A DNA stretch of 63,486 nucleotides, filler included, from Reticulomyxa filosa (GCA_000512085.1; 23 parts of 23 records of this genome joined end to end with filler, not necessarily neighbours in it), one strand, 5' to 3'. Shown: positions 1 to 12,769, numbered from the whole stretch's first letter. Numbers and translations: made by a program. The notes: a model not told the origin generated them from the sequence alone.

Positions 1-38
<38 letters not shown>

Positions 39-62
39 TGTGATGTATGAACATAAATGAAC

Positions 63-870
63 CTGTCCCCCATGAATACACTTTGCCATCATAGGCCAGA
101 GCAAAGTTGGTAGCGGCACCGCACAAATACTTGGCGATAGGAACGGACTTCAAGTCGTTGACAAAGGTGGGCTCCAAGGTGCCGTTGTCAAACAACAGCC
201 ATCCGAGATGTGTGGCTTGTGCAAACGCTTGCATTCTGTACAGCAGATGCGATGCGTTCATTTTGAAACTTGCACAGCTGTAGGTGGTCTTCACGTCATC
301 GATCCAACCCCATCGATAGCAATTGCCTTCCATGTCTATCGCACACGCATGTGCCCATCCACTATTAATGTCCACAACTTGTTTGTCGTCCAATGTCTTT
401 ATCGCTCGTGGCGTCTTCTCGTCTTCGTAGCTGCCGTGTCCCAATGCCCCATGGCTGCCCCATCCCCAGGTCCATACTCGGCTACTTAGCATTTCATTTT
501 GCTTCTTACTTCTTTCCGTTGTCGGTGTCACTGTCATTTTTATATGCTTATGTGTGTGCGTCGACTGGGTCTTTGGCGCCTTCGATATCGATTCGTCATT
601 GTCTTCACTTTTCTTCCTACTAATGCTGTCATCTTGCTTTTTATCCATCGTCTCGCTTTTCGCTTCCTTCGTACCCGAAGTTTCGGGAAGATTGCTTCCC
701 GATTTTATCTCTTCTTTCTTCCAATCTACTGCGCTCCTTTTTTCTTGTTTAGACTTTCGCCCAAAATTACGGACGCTTGCTTTGTTTTTTGTGCTCGCCC
801 ACATCTTATGCGATTCATCACTGTACAGTAGACGGCCGAGGCTTTTGGAAACATGAAGCAGTCGAAACAT
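63..870 (-). CDS. RCC1-repeat protein, first exon (3'-partial)
   Basis: RCC1 motifs VWTWGWGSHGALGHG, INSGWAHACAIDMEGNCYRWG and LCGAATNFALAYDGKVYSWG. First ATG at 870 gives MFRLLHVSKSLGRLL, a basic presequence-like N-terminus. Probable GT donor at 62-61, then a T/A-run intron to the window edge. Confidence 0.8.
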
Positions 871-1627
871 CAGCCAAGGAAGGATAAATACAATTATAAA
901 AATAGACACCAAACAAAAATTTGAGCAAAAAACAAGAGATGTATATGCTTTTCCTGGAAATATATCAACCTAAAAAAATTCAATTTCTACTCTCCCCTTC
1001 TTGTCTGCCTTTCTTTTGTTTCTCGTGTTTATATTTTCTTCTTCCTAAGTAGCTGTATTTCTTTAAAGTTAAACATCTTTGCTTGTGTCTTTTGAGTAGT
1101 TGCCGCCTTTTTCGTTTCCAAAAGATAAATTGTTGTATTTGTTTTTCTGTATATTAATAATTTAACAGATATATTATACACAAATATATATTGTGGAAGT
1201 TTTTTAAAATTTGTTTATTACTTAAAATATAGTTGAATTTTTATGCAAAATTGAAAACATTTTATTTTGAATTGTATCAAATCGTTTATATGATAATGAA
1301 TTTACGAAATTTTGAAATTATTGTACTGTGATATAATTAATGTTTTCCATTTTTAATTTTGCGTTTTTATTATTCTTTATTGATTCGTATTTATAGAACT
1401 GTTTTTTTTATGTATTATATAATTTTTTATTTTTATTCACCGGTTTTGATAATGATGGTTTTTGCAGATAATGTCACCGAAAAATTTTTTTCTTTCGTCT
1501 AAAAAAAAAGAAAATTCTTTCCGTAATTTCTGTCCAAAAAAAAAGGTATAAATAAAGCGTTTTTAAAAAGCAAAAACGCAATTAAATCGTGTGTCTTGCT
1601 GATTTTTTTCTTTAAGCATTGTATGAA

Positions 1628-3701
1628 TCATGACACGAAAAGCCAAGATATAAGGAATGCAAACGCGTACAGTGCCACCAAAACCAGAGTGTATGCAAGA
1701 GTTCTTTTAAGTACAAGTGCGTTGGATGGATTGTTGGCTGTTGGATAGAACCAATCTCTCAAGACATCAGTACCGTCAAAAGTAACTTTGGACAGTAATA
1801 CATAAACCACAGAGACGACAAGAAAATTCATCAATGGATAACCTGGGAAGACAGTGAGCACTGATTTGGCATCATCGATCATGAACACGTGATATTGAAA
1901 TATGTACGTTTCCAATGTGATCTTACCCATAGACTCCAAAAATCTACTCACATATTCGCGCGAAGCTTTACTAACAATATTGCGAAGTAAGATATAGCCA
2001 AATATGGGGATAAATGACGTATAAGGATGAATATAATTGTACTCCAGTTTGTCAAGTACGTATACGTATTTGTACCAAAAACAGATAATAATCAATGTCA
2101 CTGCAACTGTAACAATCCCATTCAATCAAATGTTTGATTATCATATATGTTTTAAATCAAAGTCATACGAGTATATGCATATATAAATAAATAAATATAT
2201 ACTTTTTTTTTTTTGTAAAAACAAAGCAAAACAAAACTGATCGCTCCTTTGACTTTTGCTTGGTACCAAATAGTTTGGGCTTCAAGTGCGACCAATGCTT
2301 TAGAAATACGATCAAAAAACAAGGCGAACAGCATACCACACCACGTCGCATAGTGATCCAAAGTAGATCGAAAGCGCCATTCATATAAGCTTCCGTGATA
2401 TTGTAACAACCAAGTCAAAGGTGACCAAATGATATCGAACATTCCTGGAATTTCGAACATGACCACCAAGAATAGCAAGCATCCCTGTGACAAATCAATA
2501 GGTTCATTTTTTTAATTAAACTTTACAATGTAAATTAAAATTTGGCAATGTATTTGTGAAATGCTTCCAAACACAACACAATTAGCATAGACAAACTCAA
2601 CAATCATTTTGATCGCCACAACCATTTTGTAATCATTTTTCGTGTAAAAAATCCCCCACGTAAGGTAGCACATGACAAAGAAAAAGGTGTGCATTGGACA
2701 GATATAATATAACATAAGAGGCTGATTCAACAATAAGCAAACCCAAAATACTAAGAAATTCAATCGGAACATCATCGATAAAAATCGCGTCGCATTAAAT
2801 ATTTTCTTGCCCAAAAAAATTGAGTGTTTCCAAATCCTGTCATCCACACATACGACGCGATGAATATTCGTATCATGTTATACACTTCTGCTGCGTCATA
2901 ATAATGGTACTATTTATATTTTACAAGGATTAAACACACATACATAAACATATACATATATGGTGTATATGTATATATACCCACCATGACAAATACAATT
3001 TGCATAATCCCTTTCCATTCCTCTGTTTGAGCTCTACTCAAAATGGCAGACTTGGTTTCAGCAGCATCCCTTTTTAGTGTCATTGCGGAGATAACCAAAA
3101 AGATGACGTGCAAGAACATGAAAAAGTCTCGATGGTATTGTTTAAGAGTGGGCGGAAACAAATGCGTAGGTCCGTCGGCCAAATAAACAATCATCAAACA
3201 AACAGCTATCCCAAACATTGCACGGAATACTTTGTGGTTGTCATCATAATATTCAATCAATTGTCGGATTATTGGTTTCTAATTTCAAGCATAGGCATAT
3301 TTTTTTTTTTTTTTAAAAAAAAGGGTAGGAGGAGAGAGAGAGAGAGAAGAAGTAAAAAAGAGATAAGTGCACAAAACATCAAGAGTTGGTGGCAACGATA
3401 AATATCTCACTTCACTAGGATTGTCTTTGGATAAAGGCTTGACACGACCTAATTTAAGTGATTCTTTATCGGAAGCGCTAGCAGTATTGTTGTTGTTGCT
3501 ACTGTTATTGTTGTTGATGTTACTCAAAGGCTTTGGGGAGACAGAGATGTGATCTTCCTTGGCTCCTTTTTGGTGGTCTGCCACGAGCACATTGACGTTG
3601 CTGCCATGAGGAGATCGATGTTCCAGTTTGTGCGGAGTCGCGGCAACGGTGTTTTTTATCTCATTGATTGCACTAATTTCCACGAGCGAAATACCGCCCA
3701 T
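1628..3701 (-). CDS. Cas1_AcylT-domain O-acetyltransferase (CASD1/Cas1p/RWA family), 5 exons
   Basis: Exons 3701-3411, 3278-2985, 2909-2602, 2484-2238 and 2106-1628, with phase-compatible GT-AG joins. Family motifs: [88 protein letters not shown]. One 1-nt frameshift near 2797-2820. Confidence 0.92.
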
Positions 3702-4002
3702 TGCAGTGTTTGGTTTTAAAAATTTCGATGATTTTTTTCGACATTACCTTCGTTTTCACTCTCGTCACCGCCGTCCTTCAATTTATTTTTTTTTTTTTTT
3801 TTTTTTTGTTTTAATCATCACCCGCCAATGGGTTAATTTAAGATAACATTCCATGCACAATGTAACAACACAAACATACAATAACAACAAACCAACCAGC
3901 AATCGTTTTGTCTCTTCAATTGCAATTTCATCATTTTTAGCGCCTTTATTTCATTTCAAAACAAAACTTTTTTTTTTTTTTTTAAAAAAAAAAAGAGTGT
4001 TT

Positions 4003-4102
4003 NNNNNNNNNNNNNNNNNNNNNNNNNNNNNNNNNNNNNNNNNNNNTTAATTAATTAANNNNNNNNNNNNNNNNNNNNNNNNNNNNNNNNNNNNNNNNNN
4101 NN
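4003..4102. other. Artificial contig linker (N-run, TTAATTAATTAA, N-run); first of 22
   Basis: The same ~100-nt spacer with a six-frame stop core recurs at ~4003, 6928, 8813, 14626, 19040, 26985, 28825, 30388, 31693, 32861, 34608, 36884, 38277, 39527, 42837, 47230, 49989, 55731, 58008, 59472, 61076 and 62347. Confidence 0.98.
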
Positions 4103-4154
4103 TCTCTCCCTCTTTTTGGAAAAAAAAAAAAGTTTGCAATGTGTGTAACGGGCA

Positions 4155-5655
4155 ATGGAGGGGGTTAGGATGTTATTTCCAAAGAAACAAAAGCAAACAA
4201 CGTCGGGTGGAGACATTGAGGCGTTGGAGGCGCAAATAAAGCAATGGGACTCAGTGAAGTCGAATCGCAAGCTGAAGCTGCGCATCCGAAAGGGGATCCC
4301 GCAGGCGATGCGCGGTCACGTGTGGCAAAACCTGTGCGGAGCACGTGAGCGCCAATTGGAAAAGTACAAAGAGAGCAAGTCAACTCGTTTCTATCACAAT
4401 TTGGTGGAAATGAGCGAGTCACCTTACCACGATCAAATTTGGAAAGACATTTATCGTACGTATCGCAAGCAAGTAAGGTTTGGAATGGTGGGATTGGCCA
4501 AGTCACAATCGCAGCCGTCGTCACAGTCACAGTCACAGTCGCGAGTCGACAGTCCAACTCAAACCAAAGGTTCCAAAAATGCAAATAGTAATAGCAATGG
4601 TAATGACAATAACAGCAATGACAGTAACTCGGAACACAAACAATCGGTGATGAGAGAGTCGTCAATCCAAAACGTGGCGACGCTGACCACCTCGAAAGCG
4701 TCCAAGTCGCAACCGTTGGCGAGTCCAAAGCAAGGGACTCCCAAAAAACAAGAAGAGGATGAAAAAACAGGGGAAACTACTTTTCATCGTGATGTCATTC
4801 AAGACAGCAATAAAATTGTCACTTTTTCGGATTTGGAAAAAAACCCTACTGATGCACAGAAACAATTGTATAATGTTTTAAAAGTGAGTTGGATTTTTTT
4901 TTTTTTTTCCCCCTTTTTTTTATTTTTTTTATTTTCAAGATCCCTCCCCACTAAAAAAGGAGAACTTAAAAAAAAAAAAAAAAAAAAAAATTCAATTTAA
5001 AATGACAAGAATAACATTACAACAGATAATAAATAAAAAATAAAAAATAAAAATAAAAAAGGCCTTTTCATTGCATCGTGCAGATATTGGGTATTGCCAA
5101 GGCATGCAATCGATAACAGCACTAATGCTTATGTATCTAACAGAAGAAGAGTCGTTTTGGGTGTTATGCTCGCTGGCAGACGACCCGAAATATGCCATGG
5201 ATCTTTTGTGGAGACCCGACATGCCCGCTATCGAATTGCGCTTTTATCAGATGGAAAGACTACTTCGCATGAAGATGCCAAAACTGGCAAAGCACTTCGA
5301 AATTGAAGGGGCACAACATCCGGCTACGTATCAAGGCACACAATGGTTTGTCACTTGCTTTTTAGCGACGTCGATGGGCTTTGAGTGTCTCATGCGCGTT
5401 TGGGACATTTATTTAAGTGAAGGCTTCAAATCTATTTTCCGCTTTGGACTGGGCTTGCTCAAATACTTTGAAAACCGATTGTTTCAAGCCGACTTTGAAG
5501 AAATGACCGACATTTTCCAAAATGGCCCGGCCCTTGTCGACGTTGAGGAATATATCGAGTTGTGTTTAACTAAAATCAAAATTACCCATGCCGAATTAAA
5601 TACTTTGGAAAGACAATTCCAGCATAACAAGAAAAAATCTACGTCCAAACAATAA
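4155..5655 (+). CDS. TBC-domain Rab GTPase-activating protein, 2 exons seen (5' end uncertain)
   Basis: RIRKGIPQAMRGHVW, R-finger IWKDIYRT, Q-finger GYCQGM, EEESFW, QWFVTCF and RVWDIYLSEG. Intron 4884-5061 (GTGAGT...AAAAAG) joins LYNVLK|AFSLHRADIGYCQG. Confidence 0.92.
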
Positions 5656-6176
5656 TCTTTTCATTAATCTTTTTAAGTTTGTTAGCATTACATAACCCCT
5701 TTGATTCGTTTGTTTGTTTATTTGTCTGTTTATCTGTTTGTCTGTTGTTTATGTTCAAAATATTCCACTTGGTGTTGTTCATTTGTCCTACGTAATTTTT
5801 GCTTGAGTTGTACAGAGAAGCTTGAAAGAGATACTATTGGTTCATTGTTAGTGTGTTATTTATGTTTTTCCTCCTTGTGTGTGTGTGTACCTGCTTTTTT
5901 TCTTGTCGTACCCATAATCCAGTTTCTCTTGGAACCTTTCAATACATCAATAGGTCTTTTTTTCTTGCTTTCTTCCATTTAAATTTTTCTCAAGCCATCT
6001 CTGCATGCTTTTTCTAATTTGCACGTGGATTTGCTGTTCTGCGTAACTGTTTGTATCTTCTTTATCGTTTTGCCTATCAAACGTAAAAACTGTTCATATC
6101 TCGTCTCAACGAAAACTTGTAACAAGCGGAACAAAGGAAACAGTCCAAAAAAAAAAAAAAAAACTAATAAAAAGAA

Positions 6177-6927
6177 ATGACCGACCTCAGCACTAAATTT
6201 TTGAAATATTTAAGCAAAGAAGAAATAACGTTATTCCAAGGTCGGATAGCGAAATTGCAAAATAATAGAGATGCCATTTGCCAAATAATCTATGAAGAAT
6301 TGAGTACGTACTTGCAAGTGTCGCAACGAAACGACACGTTTTACGAGCTAAGCACATATAAAATTCTGGCATTTTTAAGTGAATTTCGCAAAAACTATGA
6401 CATAAATTACCAATACCAAGGCGAAAAATTTCCTCTTGAAAAGAGCTACACACTACTGCATAAGTGTGTGTTATTGAACCATGTGATCTTAGTGAGATTT
6501 TTGCTGCTATTGTTCAAAGAGTGTCAGGTGGACATTGCAATATCCAATCCAGAGAACTCGTATTTGGACAAGAAAAACGCTCTCGATTTGGCGGTTTTTA
6601 ATTGCAACGCACAAATTATCAGTGCGATCCAAGCGTTTAAAGTTGAGCAAAGAAGAGCGAAGGGGTACACAACAACATGTATTTTGTGCTATTGGAAACA
6701 AAGAAAGATTCATATTAATTGGTGGGGGGGGGGGGGGAGGATAGAATACAAATGAAGGGAACCGAGATGCAAAAAATTTAATGGAAGAGTACGATTTAAT
6801 GAGTTCAAAATCGGAGCTATTCATCGAGGCATTGCACCAGGCCACCAAGGGTGACGAAAGCAAGGTCGACATGGTTTTGGAGACATTGCAAGAGACGATG
6901 AAAATTTTGATTCAAGTGATTATTTTT
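6177..6927 (+). CDS. Ankyrin-repeat-containing protein (3'-partial)
   Basis: YTLLHKCVLLNHVILVRFLL and KNALDLAVFNCNAQII resemble ankyrin repeats. Probable intron at ~6664-6744, then a further exon (MEEYDLMSSKSELFIEALHQA). Confidence 0.55.
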
Positions 6928-7027
6928 NNNNNNNNNNNNNNNNNNNNNNNNNNNNNNNNNNNNNNNNNNNNTTAATTAATTAANNNNNNNNNNNNNNNNN
7001 NNNNNNNNNNNNNNNNNNNNNNNNNNN

Positions 7028-7064
<37 letters not shown>

Positions 7065-7079
7065 AACAAGAGCTAAAGT

Positions 7080-8764
7080 CTTCGCTGCTACGAAGTCAAG
7101 ACAATTACGTCGTGAACTTTTTGCGTGGGGGCAACAACTCGCCATTGGAATTGAAACGCGAACTAGGGACGGAGTACTGCGCGAAGCACTCGGTGCTGCA
7201 GCTGTTCGTGGAGGCCGAGAGACAAGACTTTGAAGTGCTGACGCCCATGCTCATGTTCCAGTTCGAACATTTGTTCAGCTTTTACATTGAAAAGGCGATC
7301 GAGTCGCAAACGGACCCCAACGACCCCTTGTTTGGAGCCTCTCCATATTTCCTGCGTGCTATTGTCAGTGTCATGGAGGTGCACTCGAACGGCGATCGAC
7401 TCACAGTCGTTGAGTCCAGATACGGGTCCAATGACTGGCGCATCCAAAGGCCCATCGGAGATAGCTTTTTGACCCATGTGTTCCATTACGCACCGAGACT
7501 GTTGTTTTTGGGACTCACCAAAATCGTTGAGACGGATGCCGATACGCGCTTCAGTGGCTTCCTGTTGCTACGAGCATTGGCGTATTTCTTAGTTGGAAAG
7601 GCGTTGGTCGACCAACTCGATCAGTTCAGATTCGCTTTTGAGTCGTCCATGAGCTTGTGGGTTCGCAAAAACGGCACGCACATTTCCAAATTATTTGCCC
7701 AGTTTTATCCTTCCATCGGTAGCGCATTGTTCCGAGATGCCATCAAATACGTCGAAACCAGCACGCATCAAGAGTGGATCACCACGTTCTTGAAGCCTTG
7801 GACTGCTGTCATCCATTTGCATTACGCCAACAAAACTGACATGGAAGACCGCTTTCGAAAACATCTGCGTCGAATGCGCTCCCCATCCCTCTCCAGTGCT
7901 GCAGACTCGATCGACTCCATGCACGAACAAGAAGTGGGAGCCAGACCCTCGGTCGACAATACCGAACTGCAGCCTGGCGCTTCGCGTCGTCGCAAAGATG
8001 ACAAAGAGGATGACGAAGATGAATATGATGACGACGAGGATGATGACGACGAAGAAGACGAAGATGATGAAGACGAAGATGAAGATGAAGACGATGATAA
8101 CAATGAGGAAGAAGTCGTTGTTGTTATCAATGCGTCGTCATCCCCTGCTTTGGACGTACAGAAAGACAAAGACAAACAAGGATATATGGCTCCATTCAGT
8201 CCTTTGAGTAGCGATGACAGCGATGGTGGCTTCGCCGTTATCGTCAAAGACAATAAGACCGAGGAGATCATCCAAGTCATCGCGAGCAAAGCTGAGAACA
8301 AAGAAAGAGGTGCTGTCGTCGATAGTAGCGGCGGTAAGGGTGGCAGTGGTAGTAGTGGTGGCAATCGCAAAGTCAAAATACAGAACCAACAGCTGAAAGG
8401 ACATGAAACATTGCTGCTGCTAAGCAACTTATTTCATATCACCACCACGGCGACCGATCAATTCCAAACGAGCTTGCTGAAAGTGTGGAAGAAGTTGGCC
8501 AGCGCATTTCGCTATGAAAACCTCTTTGCCATTTTGGACTTTCTAATGGAAACTGTCGAAGCCGTCATGGCGCAAGCACAAAAACAGCAAACCAATTTGC
8601 ATTCGCAAATTATACCCGCTTGCAAAAATATTATTTTCGCAATTTACGGCGGACGATTGGATAAGGTCAATCTTAACAACAATAGTAATAACAGTAATAG
8701 CAATAATAATGATAATAATAACAATGATAGTAAGAATGATAACAATGATATTAATAATAATGAC

Positions 8765-8812
<48 letters not shown>
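7080..8812 (+). CDS. Furry/Tao3/MOR2-like large scaffold protein, internal fragment
   Basis: Ordered motifs resembling the MOR2-PAG1 middle region: LFSFYIEKA..FLRAIVSV; ISKLFAQFYPSIGSALF; WITTFLKPWTAVIHL; LLLSNLFHIT..VWKKLAS..NLFAILDFL. Contains an acidic insertion and ends in an AAT repeat at the contig break. Confidence 0.65.
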
Positions 8813-8912
8813 NNNNNNNNNNNNNNNNNNNNNNNNNNNNNNNNNNNNNNNNNNNNTTAATTAATTAANNNNNNNNNNNNNNNNNNNNNNNNNNNNNNNN
8901 NNNNNNNNNNNN

Positions 8913-9860
8913 CAGCTTTCGAAACGTCGACGACTTTAAGTTTACTATTCGCTGTTGTGCGACATTGCGGACAAGTGACAACTAGACAACACATACAACA
9001 TAATCCATAATATACAAAAATATATACGCCGTATATGTGAATAAAGTAAAGATATGTATGCGTGTGTGTGTGTGTGTGTGTATATACCACAAAAACAAAA
9101 AAAAACACCTGTTGGACGTCGCGAATGACGAAGCAAATGTCCCAAGTGCAGACATTGATTTGAATGATATGTTGTCCATTGGCAATGCAATACAAGTACT
9201 CACGCATGTCATCTCGATCAGACGAATCTACATCTTCATCGTCGTTGTCGTCCTCAATGAATAAGATCTTTATCAAACACCTCCAAGGCACACAAACTGA
9301 CTAGAAAAGTCTCAAAGTCGGGATCGCAATTATTGCTCTTCACTGAGATGTGCCTTTTGCTGATCGGACACGACAATGGACACATACGAACTGCTTTCTT
9401 CCAAACGGCGTGCTTCCACATATTCCAAGTACAACTGCATCTCATTTTCGCAGCTTTTGTTGTCTTGATTGCTGATTCAGACTTGTAAATCAGATTTAAT
9501 CGATTGTTTCTGTTTCTCGACGGATATTTACAACTCAGATTTCACTTGGGTGCCTGCTATCGACAATGAAAACGAACTCCTGTTTCAAGACATACTACAG
9601 AGATAGTTTACTTATCTTTTTTTTTCTACATCAAAGATTCAATATGCATTGTATATTTACAAATCGATTGCTAGATTGAAAAAAAGCAAAGATAAAACTG
9701 TATAGAATTTCCATTTGCATCGTTCATAAACTGAGCTGGGACAATCTTTTGTCATCATTCGAATTCAATGCCAACATCAATCATTCTTTCATTCTTGTTG
9801 CCTATATTGTGGCATAGAGCAAATACAAATCCGTTATGTGTACCATTCAATGACAGAAAA
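8913..9860 (+). pseudogene. Decayed coding-like sequence of unknown family
   Basis: GC-richer, codon-like segments (KHLLDVANDEANVPSADIDLNDMLSIG; DFTWVPAIDNENELLFQDILQ) broken by stops and frame changes. Confidence 0.35.
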
Positions 9861-11046
9861 TATGTTTTTATTTGATCCAAAAAAAAAATTAATCACTGAC
9901 CTAATCATTTGATCCAACGACGGCTGTCCAAAATTATATTGCGACTTTTTCTTTTTTTCCTTCAACTTCTTATTTTTCTTTTTTTCATTTTTGGCCTCTT
10001 TTTCTATCTTCCCAACGAGATTGAGGCAATTGCGATAAAATTATTCTATACATTATTCACACGTTTTTAATATTTTAAATAAATGACAAAATAAAAAAAT
10101 ACTTAACTAGCAGCAACGTTTTTTTTTATATTTTTCTTTTTTTTTCATTTTTATTTCATTTTATCTTTTTTTTCTTATTTTTCCTTTTTTTTCTTCATTT
10201 TATTTTTAATTTCTTTTTCCCTACCCTTTTTTCCATTATTTTCACAATATTTCCACACTTTTTTTCTAATTATTTTTTCCCATTCTTTTCCCAATTTATT
10301 ATCCCCCCCCCTTCATATACAATTATTTTTTCCACTTTATCTTGAGTCTTGAGCGTCTGTAAAACAACAAATAGCTTTTTTATTTTTAAAGAAAAAAACA
10401 AACAAAAACATACTTTTGTAGAACGGGACCTGGTTCTATTTTACAATCCAATTCCTATTTTCTTCAAAAAAAAAATATTTTGTGTATAAAAGGGTTGGGG
10501 CAAATAAATACATTTTTTCATTGATGAGGGAAAACATATATGTTTTTTCATTGACGGAGGCATGCCTATTGATAAAGACAAACAAAAGCATATTTTTATA
10601 TAAATAAAAACATAGACATAAATATACAAACCCTTTTTTTTTTCAAATGCGGAGTGGACTTCAACTCCTTATCTTTTCTTCATAGATGAGGTGAGGTTAA
10701 CACTTTTCTTTTTTTCTTTGGATACTTGTTACTGCTGTTCTAAAACAAATCACAATTTAATATATTAAAAATAAATAAATAAATAAATTGAAAACCTTTT
10801 TAACTCCTTTCGGAGACTGGTGATTTGCACCATTTACTAATTTCTTTCCTTTGCTGGACAGGCGCCATTGGTGGAGGAACATTTGCTTTAAGTGATGCCA
10901 GTCGTCCAATACTTTAATCGTATGTATTTGTGTAAAAAGCAGACAATTCAATAACAATATTACACACTATATAAATATATATGCATTTGTATATGTACAG
11001 ATACAAATATATGAATATTCATATACATATAAATATATTAGTTATA

Positions 11047-12216
11047 CCCAATTGTTGTTGCTATTTCTGCCATTCATAGAAATACGGAATCTGAAAAGGC
11101 ATTGTGACGTTTCAACAGGCCATTGTATGACAATTCCGGCTTTGCTAACGCTTTGTCGTCCGCATGTTGTCGCAAGGGGGATCCATGCCATTCCATAGTC
11201 ACTTCCTTTCAATACCAAAAAACGCAATGCTTCTTTGTCCCAAGAGTTGTAATGTCGCAACGTGTAATAAGATAAGTGCATTTTGATGTCTTTCAAGTCG
11301 ATGATAATCCATGACTTCTGGTAATGCTTGGTCACACATCTCACCGAAGCGCCCCCACACAAAGCAGATAATGGCGCAGAATCACTCATTAAAGACGACA
11401 CATCCAAATTGACCAATCGCAAATCGACAGTATTGGTCCATTGTTGCTTTCCTCCATTTGTGCCAAAAAAGTAGAATAAGATATTAAAGTTCATGTCTTG
11501 TGAGTACTTGAATATGCGTTTGCTGCCTTTGGGACCGTTCTCTTCGCTCGGTGCGTCAGCTCCAGATACAAATGTACCATAAATTTCGAATCTAGAACAG
11601 TGTAAGTAGTGATGTGAGTTCGAATTGGGACCAAATTGGGACAATCGAAATTTGCTAAAATGTTGATTCTTCACAATGTGAGATGGGATTGTCCATATAT
11701 GCGTCACACCCTTTCGATTTAACGGCTGGTCGTTGTTGTGAGTAATAATCGTCATATATTGTCCATTCACACCATTCGTGCTATCGTCACTTGCTTCAAA
11801 TTTCCAATTTCGCAAGCATTCGTTATCAAATGTAATGCAGTATCTTTTTTTATTAAAATTATTTAATTAAGTTATTCATTGACGACATAAAAAAAAAACA
11901 AATAAAAGTAGTCGAAACTTCAATGTGTAATGAGTGGGAATAATATTGATGTTTTTAAAGTGAATAACAAACCACGACAACTTCTTTGGCTCTGTAACGC
12001 AACGAACAAGCTCACGACCGACCACACAATGAGCAGGTTTGCTGTCTGCGGCGATAGACGAGTACAACACATGAATGTATCCACACAATGCTGGATTTTG
12101 CCACGTGTCCGCCCCTTTGTTCGTGCCCAGCCAATGGCAAACACCATTGGTATCATATGAATAAATAAATGACAGCGATCCTTTTGTGTGGTGTTCCAGT
12201 GTTTGCATTTCAGCAC
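11047..12216 (-). CDS. Tandem HECTD1/BTB-POZ-type discoidin-like (F5/8 type C-like) domains, probably decaying
   Basis: Two copies of the pattern DxNG..(W/F)xGTN.G...W.N....V.....CVT.....W....K.....YTL(K/R)....E.LR...W...FR....G.NS. Intron 11918-11844 joins HYTLK|YCITFDNECLRNW. The second copy has aberrant residues and the flanking exons contain stops. Confidence 0.75.
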
Positions 12217-12769
12217 AATTGAAAATACAACAATGAATAACTATTGTGTTATTGTATATGTGTTAATTGTTATTGATTTATTTATTTTATTGAATTGAAA
12301 CAAAAAAAGATTTTATACAAACCGTTGCTTTTTTGTTGTAACACTGGTTCTTGAGGCTCACCATATATCACAAATTCTGGTATTGCCAAAAACTATTTTA
12401 TTATTATTATTTTAATTTGTCATTACAACACACACAAATATGTTATACACGAACAATGAAACAATGAAACAATTCAAAAACATCAAAGCAATCTTTTTTT
12501 AAAAAAGTGCCGATCCATAGCAAACACAAAAACGAAAAAAGTAAAACGTTAACATAATGTTGGTTGCAGTTGAAATCGATCTGCCTAACTTGAAATAATG
12601 AACAATTTTCATCACATTTGACTTTCCCATTTAAATCGCGATCATTTACATGACTGCGAATGCACGCAAAACTTTTGCGATTGTTGGATCCCTATTTTAT
12701 TCAATTCAAATTTGTTTGTTTATGCAAAAGCAATCAATAAAGAAAAAAAAAAGGGACAGTAACCTCAAA

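Noticed and set aside
1628-3701. Cas1 as a CRISPR integrase
   Set aside because: The motifs are those of the membrane O-acetyltransferase Cas1_AcylT (capsule synthesis 1). No repeat-spacer array is visible in the window.
4047-4058. Recurring TTAATTAATTAA as a biological repeat, CRISPR-like array or piggyBac TTAA site
   Set aside because: Always centred in fixed-length N-runs. It is an artificial six-frame-stop linker.
7822-8427. Long antisense or alternative-frame ORFs over real genes (also 48938-49747, 44953-45549, 36928-37491, 58260-58817)
   Set aside because: These are shadows of GC-rich or trinucleotide-repeat coding sequence and carry no independent motifs.
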